Assembly (NCBI GenBank): GCA_947626095.1
Contig: CANQQV010000004.1
Location: 65,934-129,933, forward strand
DNA from: an uncultured Bacilli bacterium
GTDB taxonomy: Bacteria; Bacillota_I; Bacilli_A; RF39; UBA660
DNA length: 64,000 nucleotides
Direction of reading: 5' to 3'
Within the stretch, counting starts at the first letter, position 1. Every line of letters begins with the position of its first letter. A program made the translations under genes and the position numbers. This document shows, one piece after another, positions 38,050 through 46,572 of the stretch. The notes under the pieces were generated by a model. It was not told where the DNA came from. It saw only the letters and a program-made list of their open reading frames with translations, and did not search any database.

Positions 38050-38492
38050 TGAATAACGAATATAGTATAATAGATAATGATTTATATAAAGATTATGACT
38101 ATTTATATAGTTTGTTAAATCATACGTTAGAACATGAAAAAGTAAATAATGCAATTTTTTCCATTATTTTTGTGGAAGATGAAGAAATTCATCGTATAAA
38201 TAAGGAATATCGTCATGTTGATCGTGTAACTGATGTTATATCTTTTGCATTTGAAGATAGTGATGATATATTGTATAATGATATACGAGTGCTAGGAGAC
38301 ATATATATATGTATTCCACAAATGAAAAGACAAGCCATAAGTTATGGTCATAGTGAGAAAAGAGAATTATCATTTCTGGCCGTTCATGGTTTATTACATT
38401 TACTAGGTTATGATCATATGAACGAACAAGATGAAAAAGTAATGTTTGAATTACAGGAGTTGATGTTAGATGACGAAAATATCAAGAGATGA
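38049..38492 (+). CDS. ybeY: rRNA maturation RNase YbeY
   Basis: NKEYR...TDVISF, LGDIYI, HGLLHLLGYDH. Confidence 0.97.
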   Translation: MNNEYSIIDNDLYKDYDYLYSLLNHTLEHEKVNNAIFSIIFVEDEEIHRINKEYRHVDRVTDVISFAFEDSDDILYNDIRVLGDIYICIPQMKRQAISYGHSEKRELSFLAVHGLLHLLGYDHMNEQDEKVMFELQELMLDDENIKR

Positions 38493-38871
38493 TATCAAAA
38501 GACATGGTTTAAAAAGATTTTATAAAAGTTTTACTTATTCAATAGATGGTTTAAAATATGCTTATCGTTATGAGCAAAGTATGTTGATACATGTTATAGC
38601 AACTGTTTGTGTAATTGCCGCTAATATTTTTTTTGGCGTAACTGCCTTTGAATGGTTAATTACAATGTTAGCTATCGGCATGGTTCTATCATCAGAACTA
38701 ATGAATACCGCTATTGAAGCTGCCGTAGACTTAGTAACTTTAGAAATTAATCCTTTAGCCAAAATAGCTAAAGATTGTGGTAGTGCTGCAACCTTTGTTT
38801 TAGCTATTATGGCCGCTGTAATAGGATGTATAATATATATTCCTTATATTATACAATTGTTAGGTTTATAA
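38470..38871 (+). CDS. dgkA: Diacylglycerol/undecaprenol kinase
   Basis: ELMNTAIEAAVDL, AKIAKD..SAA. Confidence 0.92.
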   Translation: MTKISRDDIKRHGLKRFYKSFTYSIDGLKYAYRYEQSMLIHVIATVCVIAANIFFGVTAFEWLITMLAIGMVLSSELMNTAIEAAVDLVTLEINPLAKIAKDCGSAATFVLAIMAAVIGCIIYIPYIIQLLGL

Positions 38872-39761
38872 TGAAAAGCGGTTTTGTAAGTTTAATTGGT
38901 CGCCCTAATGTTGGTAAATCAACATTACTGAACTCAATTATCAATGAAAAAATAGCTATAACATCTAACAAACCTCAAACAACAAGAAACATCATTCAAG
39001 GTGTTTATAATGAAGATGGCTACCAAATAGTTTTTGTCGATACTCCAGGTATCCATAAACCAATAAATAAACTTGGTAAAGTCTTAAATAAAGAAGCTCA
39101 AAGTCTAACTAAAGATGTTGATGTAATATTATTGGTTGTTGATGCTAAAGAAGGTTTAGGCGCTGGTGATAAACGAATAATTAGTTCTCTAAATGGTACT
39201 GATTCTAAAGTAATCCTCGTTTTAAATAAAATAGACAAAATGACCGAAGAAGAATTATATGAAGCTATAAACTCATATAAAGATTTATTCGATTTTGCTG
39301 AAATAGTTCCAATCTCAGCTTTACAAAATAATAATGTTCAAACCTTAATAAATGTTATCAAAAAATATCTAACAGATGATATTCGTTACTTTGATGAAGA
39401 TACGATTACAACTAATCCTCTAAGTTTCATAGTTAGTGAATATGTTCGTGAAAAAATATTTAGAATGACTGAAGAAGAAGTACCTCATAGTATAACTTGT
39501 ATTACATCAAAATATGAAGAAAAAAAGAATATCGTAAATATCACTGTTGATATAATAGTTGATCGCGATTCAATCAAAAAAATAGTAATAGGAAAACAAG
39601 GTTCTTTACTTAAAGCTGTTGGAACAGAAGCTAGAAAAGATATCGAACGCTTAATAGGAAAACAAGTATATCTAGAATTATACGTTAAAACTATCCGTAA
39701 TTGGCGTGATAAAGAAAGATATTTAAATGAATTAGGCTTCAACGAAAAAGATTATATATAA
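38871..39761 (+). CDS. era: GTPase Era
   Basis: GRPNVGKST, PQTTR, DTPG, NKID, KH domain VIGKQG. Confidence 0.97.
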   Translation: MKSGFVSLIGRPNVGKSTLLNSIINEKIAITSNKPQTTRNIIQGVYNEDGYQIVFVDTPGIHKPINKLGKVLNKEAQSLTKDVDVILLVVDAKEGLGAGDKRIISSLNGTDSKVILVLNKIDKMTEEELYEAINSYKDLFDFAEIVPISALQNNNVQTLINVIKKYLTDDIRYFDEDTITTNPLSFIVSEYVREKIFRMTEEEVPHSITCITSKYEEKKNIVNITVDIIVDRDSIKKIVIGKQGSLLKAVGTEARKDIERLIGKQVYLELYVKTIRNWRDKERYLNELGFNEKDYI

Positions 39762-39818
39762 TTGAATAAAAAAATTTAAAAGAACCCATTATAATAGTAG
39801 AAAGGATGGGTTCTTTTC

Positions 39819-39899
39819 ATGAATAAAAAGGAAGCTTGGGAATTATTTAAAAAAACCGGCAAAATAGAATACTATCTTAAATACAAAGGGAAAAAATAG
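39819..39899 (+). CDS. yqzL: YqzL-like small protein (26 aa; absent from ORF track)
   Basis: MNKKEAWELFKKTGKIEYYLKYKGKK with W..F..TG.I..YL motif; era-yqzL-recO order as in Bacillus. Confidence 0.75.
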   Translation: MNKKEAWELFKKTGKIEYYLKYKGKK

Positions 39900-39910
39900 A
39901 AGTGATTAAT

Positions 39911-40645
39911 ATGATAAGTAAATTCGAAGGAATAATAATAACTGAAACACCATATGGTGATAATTCTAAAATAATCAATGTTTTAACCAAAGAAAAAGGT
40001 TTAATCGGCATTATGTGTCATAATGCTAAAAGTTTAAAAAACCCAATTCGCTCAAAAACAATGAAATTTACTTATGCTTATTTTCACGTTAAATATAGTG
40101 AAAAAAAACTATCAACTTTATTAGATGTTGATTTAATAAATAATCTATCTAATATTAAAGAAGATATTGAACTAATTAGTTATATGTCCTATATTACCGA
40201 TTTAACTTATCAAGTTATCAAACAAAATAATGACAAAGAAATATATAACATTTTTATTAATACAGTCTTAAAACTAAATGAAAAGCAAAATCCTCTAATT
40301 CTAACTAATATTTTAGAACTAAAATATTTAGATTTCTTAGGAGTAGGGTTAAACTTAGATTCATGTATTAAATGTGGTAATAAAACTAAAATAGTTACCT
40401 TAGATCCTGATGAAGGCGGATTTATCTGTCAAGACTGCTATACTAACGAAAAAATTATTTCGCCAAAAGCGATAAAATTAATTAGAATGTATTATTTAAT
40501 TGATATATCTAGTATTTCCGATATCAAAATCACTAAAGAAATAGCTAACGAAATAAACTATTTCTTAGATAAATACTATGACCGATATACTGGTCTATAT
40601 TTAAAAAGTAAAGAATTCTTACGTAAAATTAATAGTTTAGCTTAG
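39911..40645 (+). CDS. recO: DNA repair protein RecO
   Basis: YGDNSKII..LT...G.I; CIKC...GGFICQDC zinc finger; downstream of era. Confidence 0.93.
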   Translation: MISKFEGIIITETPYGDNSKIINVLTKEKGLIGIMCHNAKSLKNPIRSKTMKFTYAYFHVKYSEKKLSTLLDVDLINNLSNIKEDIELISYMSYITDLTYQVIKQNNDKEIYNIFINTVLKLNEKQNPLILTNILELKYLDFLGVGLNLDSCIKCGNKTKIVTLDPDEGGFICQDCYTNEKIISPKAIKLIRMYYLIDISSISDIKITKEIANEINYFLDKYYDRYTGLYLKSKEFLRKINSLA

Positions 40646-40658
40646 CTAAACTTTTTTT
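40634..40658 (+). terminator. recO terminator
   Basis: AGTTTAGC-TTA-GCTAAACT plus T-tract. Confidence 0.7.
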
Positions 40659-40695
40659 ATCTTATAGGAAAGTTCTTAAAAACATTGAAAAAATA

Positions 40696-40725
40696 TTGAC
40701 GAACACTAGTTCGTTATTGTATAAT
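40696..40725 (+). promoter_or_regulatory. Sigma-A promoter of tnpB overlapped by a LexA (Cheo) box
   Basis: TTGACG-N18-TATAAT with CGAAC-ACTA-GTTCG at 40700-40713. Confidence 0.65.
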
Positions 40726-40748
40726 TGTCTTACAAGGGGAAGATGGTT

Positions 40749-41885
40749 ATGATTATCAATAAAGCTTATAAATTTAGATTGTATCCTAATGACAAGCAAA
40801 GAGAATTAATTAATAAAACTTTTGGTTGTACTAGGTTTATATATAACTATATGCTAGATAAGAAAAATAATAATATTTTCTTATCTAATTTTGATTTAAT
40901 TAAACAGATTCCTTCTTTAATTGTTAATTATCCATTCTTAAAAGAAGTAGATAATAGTGCTTTAAGATGTTCTTTGTTTGATTTAGATAATGGTTTTCAA
41001 AAGTATTTTACTAAGAAGGGTGGATATCCTAGATTTAAAGCTAAAGGAGTAAAAGATAGCTATCGTACTAATTATATAAAAAATAAATATAAAGATAAAA
41101 TATATGAAAATATAAAATTAGATTTAGTAAATAAACAAATAACTTTGCCTAAACTAAAAGAAGTAAAAATAAGAGGCTATAGGCATTTAAATAAAATAAA
41201 TGGAAGAATATTAAATGCTACTATTTCTAAAGTAGCTAATAAATACTATGTATCAGTATGTGTTGAAGAGTATTTAGATATAAAAGAAATAATACCTTCA
41301 AGTGTTGTAGGAATAGATGTAGGTATAAAAAGTTTAGTAACTACAAGTGATGGTATTTCTTATGGTAATCCTAATTATCTAAATAAATATGAAAGAAGAA
41401 TAAAAAGATTACAAAGAAATTTATCGAGAAAAATAAAAGGAAGTAATAACTTCTATAAAACTAAAAGCAAATTAGAAAAAATATATAGAAAATTAAAAAA
41501 TGCTCGTATTAAAATAAATGAAGAAATTGTAAGTAAAATAACCAAAGATTATGACATTATAATAAGTGAAGATTTAAGTATTAAAAAAATGATAGAAGAA
41601 TCAAAAAAATATCTAAGAAAATCTATTACTAATTCTACAATGGGCGACATTATAAATAGACTCAAGTATAAATGTAAATGGCTAGGTAAGAAATTCTATC
41701 AAGTAAATAGATACTATGCCAGTAGCCAGATATGTTCAAGATGTAATCATAAAGAAGTAGAAATGAAAAACTTAAATAAAAGGAAATATAAATGTAGAAA
41801 TTGTGGATTAGAAATAGATAGAGATATAAATGCGAGTATAAATATAATGATTGAGGGATTATTTAGAAGTTATCAAACTAGTTAA
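40749..41885 (+). CDS. tnpB: RNA-guided endonuclease TnpB (IS200/IS605 family), no TnpA nearby
   Basis: KAYKFRLYP..Q...I.KTFG HTH; RuvC GIDVG, SEDL, DRDINAS all intact; SSQICSRC...CRNC zinc finger. Confidence 0.95.
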   Translation: MIINKAYKFRLYPNDKQRELINKTFGCTRFIYNYMLDKKNNNIFLSNFDLIKQIPSLIVNYPFLKEVDNSALRCSLFDLDNGFQKYFTKKGGYPRFKAKGVKDSYRTNYIKNKYKDKIYENIKLDLVNKQITLPKLKEVKIRGYRHLNKINGRILNATISKVANKYYVSVCVEEYLDIKEIIPSSVVGIDVGIKSLVTTSDGISYGNPNYLNKYERRIKRLQRNLSRKIKGSNNFYKTKSKLEKIYRKLKNARIKINEEIVSKITKDYDIIISEDLSIKKMIEESKKYLRKSITNSTMGDIINRLKYKCKWLGKKFYQVNRYYASSQICSRCNHKEVEMKNLNKRKYKCRNCGLEIDRDINASINIMIEGLFRSYQTS

Positions 41886-41915
41886 AGAATAAAAGAAAGA
41901 ATAAATAAAAGTATT

Positions 41916-42068
41916 GTACGGTGGCGACCATCGGAAGTTAGGCTTGTGGAGGAGGAGACTCCTATGAAACAAGAAAAAGAAATCGTGAGGTTTCTTAATG
42001 TAAAATAATTTTAATTATTTATTTTACTTTTGTTCTTTTATAGACTACACAATCGTAAAGTGTTAAAA
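41916..42068 (+). ncRNA. Putative TnpB omega-RNA (scaffold to about 42048, guide about 42049-42068)
   Basis: CGGTGG-CGA-CCATCG hairpin, GCTTGTGGAG...ATGAAACAAGAA core, GAGA and GTGA tetraloop hairpins; boundaries inferred. Confidence 0.65.
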
Positions 42069-42121
42069 TATACTTAATGCTCAAAAATAGCTAATAAAAT
42101 AGGGCAACTGGAGGAATTACT

Positions 42122-44914
42122 ATGAAAAAATTATTTGCTAAAGAAAAAATATGGCGAGCCTTTTTAATATATACAATAATTTTCGGCTTATTATCAATAA
42201 CCATCTATTTATGTTTTGATTATGGCGGAAGGACATTTGTAAGTAGCGTAGATGGTATCAATCAACATTTAGTCACCTTAAAGACATGGCGTAGTTTACT
42301 AATTAATTTTTTCCATACCGGTCAATTTAACACCTTTACTTGGAATCTCGGTAATGGTATCGATTTATTTGCTGATTTCGGTTACTATATCATCGGCGAT
42401 TTTGTTAGCTACTTAAGTATTTTATGTCCCGAATCTAAATTATATTACTTTTACGTTATTGCAATATTTTTAAGACTATATTTTTCCGGAATAAGTTTTA
42501 TAATTTATTCCAAATATAAAAAATATAATAATTACGCAACAATCATTGGGGCAATATGTTATTCATTTATGATTTTTTCTTTATTTGCAACATTCCGTCA
42601 TCCATATTTCGCCAATGCCTTTGCCATATTTCCATTATTAATGATTGGCATGGATAAAATAGTGTTAGAAAACAAAAAAACATTTTATATATTTATTATC
42701 TTTATATCATACTTATCGAGCTTTTATTTTGCCTATATTATGTCATTCTGTTTATTAATATATGGCACAATATTAATAATAAGCACATATAAAAAAGAAG
42801 GTTTTAAAAGAATTATTAAAGAATTTTTTAAAGTTTTCATTTGTTCCTTAATTGGTATAGCTTTATCATCATTTGTATTAATTCCAATATTGAATCAATT
42901 CTTGCATTCAAACCGCGATACAAATTTATCAATTTTCGATTATCGTTATGGTTATGAATTTCTATCAAGTTTAACTCGTTCACTTGCTAGTTTCTCTGCC
43001 AACCAATGGGGTGCACTTGGTATAAATGCTATTGTTTTCGTAGCTTTACCAATTGCAATTAAAAATTATAAAAAGAATTTTCAATTACTTTTATTTGCGT
43101 TAATCCTATTGATTACTTTATTATTTCCATTTATATCAAGTATTATATCCGGTTTTTCATTTCCAACTAATCGCCATACCTTCGTAATACCATTTATTAT
43201 GTCCATTTTAATTATGGAATTCTTAAACAACTACAACGAATTAAATAAAAAAGATATAATAATAATCGTTTTATTTAATTTAATATATTATATTATAGCT
43301 TTTCATTTTGGTGATTTAAATAAAGTCATAGTATTAACAATTATGTGTACTGTATTATTAACTTTAATTTTTCTATATAAGAAAAACATTAATAATTTCT
43401 TTAATAAATATCAATTATTAAAACAATATAATTGCTTTAATATTTTAATAACAATAATAGTAGTTGGCATCACTGCTAATTATGTAACATTATTCTATGA
43501 CTATAATAATTATCTAGATGAATTCATCGGTTCTGGTAAGATCAAAAACATTTATGATACCAATTATAATACCACGCCTTTATTTTCATCAAAGATTACC
43601 GAAATAGTCGACCAAGACAAAGACTACTATAAAATTGGTAAGACTCAAAGTAGTATTCAAAATGATGCTTTATATTTAGGCTACAATTCAACAGATTATT
43701 ACTACAGTATTGTTCCTAACATCATTCAACAACTAGGATATGATTTATCTAATTTCACTTATTATACCAGTAGTGAAATAAAACAATTTGATTATCGAAC
43801 TAGAATCAATACGTTACTTGGTAAAAAATATTATGTAATGGAAGATGATAAAAATTTACCATATGGTTATGAAATAATTGAAGAAGATAAATCAAATATT
43901 TATCAAAATAAATATTATGTACCATTTGCTCAGTATTACGATAAATATATCACAAATGAAGAATATGAAAAATTATCCAATATTGAAAAAGAAAATAGCT
44001 TACTTAATAATGTTGTTTTAGATAAAACAAATAATAATGATTTAACCCATAATGATAATTACCAAGAAAAAATAGATAAGAACATAAAACCATTATTATT
44101 TACTATGTCAGATTATAGTAAAAAAATAGTCGTAACTAATAATGAGGAAAACGATAAGAAAAATAATGAAATAGAAATTACTATCGATCCAAATCAAGAA
44201 TTTCATGGCGAAATATATTTAAAAATCAACAATTTAAATTATCAACCATACACCAAAAGTGAATTATACGACTTAAAAACTACTAAAGACAAATATTCTA
44301 AACGTGGCTTTAATAAAAAGTACGAGCATTACGAAGAGCGATATTCATATAATTTAGAAATTGATTTTAACGAAGAAACATATGAAAAACCAACACGTGA
44401 TAATCGTTACGACTCATATTCAAGTGGTAGCAATAACGTATTACTAAATCTTGGATATTTCGATAATTTGGCTGACCTTGAAGACAACAAAATAACATTA
44501 ACTTTATCAGCTCTTGGTACCTATACATATGATAACTTAGAAGTCCTACTAGTTACATTTGATGATTACGAAGAAGATGTCGCCAACTTAAATAAATCAA
44601 ATTACGAAACAATTGAATATAAAAATGGTTACATGAAAGGTACGGTTGATTTAGAAGAACCAGGTATCATCCAATTTGCTACTGCTTATGTTGATGGCTG
44701 GGATTTATATATCGATGGTAAAAAATCAGAAATCTTAAACGTAAACAAATACTTCCTAGGTACTTATATGGATAAAGGGAAACATACCATTGAACTTAAA
44801 TACCATACTCCTTTAATTAAAGAAGGAACTATAATATCTCTTATAAGTTTAATAATATACATAATAGTTATTATATTTGATTATAGGAAAAATAAAGTTG
44901 ACTTAAAAAAATAA
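42122..44914 (+). CDS. YfhO family membrane glycosyltransferase (GT-C)
   Basis: DGINQH, WNLGNG, many TM, C-terminal AYVDGWDLYIDGK...GKHTIELKYHTP. Confidence 0.88.
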   Translation: MKKLFAKEKIWRAFLIYTIIFGLLSITIYLCFDYGGRTFVSSVDGINQHLVTLKTWRSLLINFFHTGQFNTFTWNLGNGIDLFADFGYYIIGDFVSYLSILCPESKLYYFYVIAIFLRLYFSGISFIIYSKYKKYNNYATIIGAICYSFMIFSLFATFRHPYFANAFAIFPLLMIGMDKIVLENKKTFYIFIIFISYLSSFYFAYIMSFCLLIYGTILIISTYKKEGFKRIIKEFFKVFICSLIGIALSSFVLIPILNQFLHSNRDTNLSIFDYRYGYEFLSSLTRSLASFSANQWGALGINAIVFVALPIAIKNYKKNFQLLLFALILLITLLFPFISSIISGFSFPTNRHTFVIPFIMSILIMEFLNNYNELNKKDIIIIVLFNLIYYIIAFHFGDLNKVIVLTIMCTVLLTLIFLYKKNINNFFNKYQLLKQYNCFNILITIIVVGITANYVTLFYDYNNYLDEFIGSGKIKNIYDTNYNTTPLFSSKITEIVDQDKDYYKIGKTQSSIQNDALYLGYNSTDYYYSIVPNIIQQLGYDLSNFTYYTSSEIKQFDYRTRINTLLGKKYYVMEDDKNLPYGYEIIEEDKSNIYQNKYYVPFAQYYDKYITNEEYEKLSNIEKENSLLNNVVLDKTNNNDLTHNDNYQEKIDKNIKPLLFTMSDYSKKIVVTNNEENDKKNNEIEITIDPNQEFHGEIYLKINNLNYQPYTKSELYDLKTTKDKYSKRGFNKKYEHYEERYSYNLEIDFNEETYEKPTRDNRYDSYSSGSNNVLLNLGYFDNLADLEDNKITLTLSALGTYTYDNLEVLLVTFDDYEEDVANLNKSNYETIEYKNGYMKGTVDLEEPGIIQFATAYVDGWDLYIDGKKSEILNVNKYFLGTYMDKGKHTIELKYHTPLIKEGTIISLISLIIYIIVIIFDYRKNKVDLKK

Positions 44915-44930
44915 TTTGTTATAATTAGTT

Positions 44931-45050
44931 CATACAAGCGATGAGTGGGTTGGCAACCATGAGCTATATAAAATAAGGTGATTTCTTCTAGAAATAAGTA
45001 GGATGGAACCGCGGGTTATACTCGTTCCTACAATTTCTAGAAGTTTTTTT
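44931..45050 (+). promoter_or_regulatory. T-box riboswitch (Gly), unusually short
   Basis: Antiterminator GTAGGA-TGGAACC-GCGGG-TTATA-CTCGT-TCCTAC; GGC at 44952-44954; promoter TTGACT...TGTTATAAT at 44898-44925. Confidence 0.8.
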
Positions 45051-45089
45051 ATTAAAAAATCATTAATAAATGAAAGTGAGGAATTGATT

Positions 45090-46469
45090 ATGAAAGAAAT
45101 TAAAATGGATGATATTGTCAATTATTGCAAACAATATGGTTTCATCTTCCAAGGAAGTGAAATATATGGTGGTTTATCAAATACTTGGGATTACGGACCA
45201 TTAGGAAGAGAATTAAAAGAAAATGTTCGCCGTGCATGGTGGAAAAAATTTATACAAGAAAATCCTTATAACTATGGCTTAGACGCTGCTATTCTTATGA
45301 ATCCAGAAGTTTGGGTAGCTAGTGGCCACGTTACAAACTTTAATGACCCTTTAATCGATTGTAAAAAATGTAAAAGTCGTCATCGTGCTGACAAATTAAT
45401 CGAAGAATTTACTAAAGGTAAAGAAACCGGCGATGGTTGGGATAATGAAAAGATTGAAAACTTTATTAAAGACAATCATATTACTTGTCCAAAATGTGGT
45501 GCTGAAGATTTTACCCCAATTAGAAAATTCAACTTATTATTTGAAACTCACCAAGGTGTAACAGAAGATACTAAATCTAAAGTATATCTACGTGGAGAAA
45601 CAGCACAAGGAATATTCGTTAACTTCTTAAATGTTCAAAGAAGTATGCGTGCTAAAATCCCATTTGGTATAGGTCAAACTGGTAAAAGTTTCCGTAATGA
45701 AATAACTCCAGGTAACTTTACTTTTAGAACACGTGAATTTGAACAAATGGAACTAGAATTCTTCTGTAAACCAGATACCGACTTAGAGTGGTTCGGTTAT
45801 TGGAAAAATTACTGCATCGATTGGTTAAAATCATTAGGCATGAAAAAAGAAAAACTTAGATATCGTGATCATTCTAAAGAAGAATTATCCTTCTATAGTA
45901 AAGCTACAACTGATATTGAATTCCTATTCCCAATGGGTTGGGGTGAATTATGGGGTATAGCTGATCGTACAGACTATGACTTAGGTGTTCATATGGAACA
46001 TTCAAAACAAGATTTAAGATACTTAGATCCTGAAACAAATGAGAAATATGTTCCATATGTCGTTGAACCATCACTAGGTTTAGATCGTGCTATCTTAGCT
46101 TTTATTTGTAATGCATATGAAGTAGAAGAACTAGATAATAATGATTCTCGCGAAGTATTAAAAATTCATCCAGCTTTAGCACCAATAAAAGCTACAATCT
46201 TACCATTAATTAAAAAAGTTCATAAAGATAAAGCTATGGAAATATATTCATTATTATGTAAAGATTTCTATGTTACATATGATGAATCTGGTTCAATTGG
46301 TAAACGTTATCGTCGTAATGATGCCGTTGGAACACCATTTAGTATTACCGTTGATGACGAAACCTTAGAAAATAACATTGTAACAGTTAGAGATCGTGAT
46401 ACTATGGAACAAATTAAACTTAATATCGACGAATTAGCTGATTATATCAAAAGTAAAATTGAATTTTAA
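45090..46469 (+). CDS. glyQS: Glycine-tRNA ligase (alpha2 type)
   Basis: [57 protein letters not shown]; start set at ATG 45090 after the T-box. Confidence 0.97.
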   Translation: MKEIKMDDIVNYCKQYGFIFQGSEIYGGLSNTWDYGPLGRELKENVRRAWWKKFIQENPYNYGLDAAILMNPEVWVASGHVTNFNDPLIDCKKCKSRHRADKLIEEFTKGKETGDGWDNEKIENFIKDNHITCPKCGAEDFTPIRKFNLLFETHQGVTEDTKSKVYLRGETAQGIFVNFLNVQRSMRAKIPFGIGQTGKSFRNEITPGNFTFRTREFEQMELEFFCKPDTDLEWFGYWKNYCIDWLKSLGMKKEKLRYRDHSKEELSFYSKATTDIEFLFPMGWGELWGIADRTDYDLGVHMEHSKQDLRYLDPETNEKYVPYVVEPSLGLDRAILAFICNAYEVEELDNNDSREVLKIHPALAPIKATILPLIKKVHKDKAMEIYSLLCKDFYVTYDESGSIGKRYRRNDAVGTPFSITVDDETLENNIVTVRDRDTMEQIKLNIDELADYIKSKIEF

Positions 46470-46483
46470 TGTCAAATTCCAGT

Positions 46484-46508
46484 AAAGGCAGAAAAACTTC
46501 TGCCTTTT
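46484..46508 (+). terminator. glyQS terminator
   Basis: AAAGGCAGAA/TTCTGCCTTT stem. Confidence 0.75.
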
Positions 46509-46572
46509 CGTTTGGTCAACTAAAAAAAATATTATATAATAGACAAAGTATTTTAAAAAGGGCGTGATTAAA

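Noticed and set aside
40749-41885. TnpB as Cas12f or as a nuclease-dead TldR repressor
   Set aside because: No CRISPR array nearby and all three RuvC acidic residues are present
45003-45089. N-terminal extension of glyQS given in the ORF track
   Set aside because: Overlaps the T-box antiterminator and terminator; RBS and homology support ATG 45090
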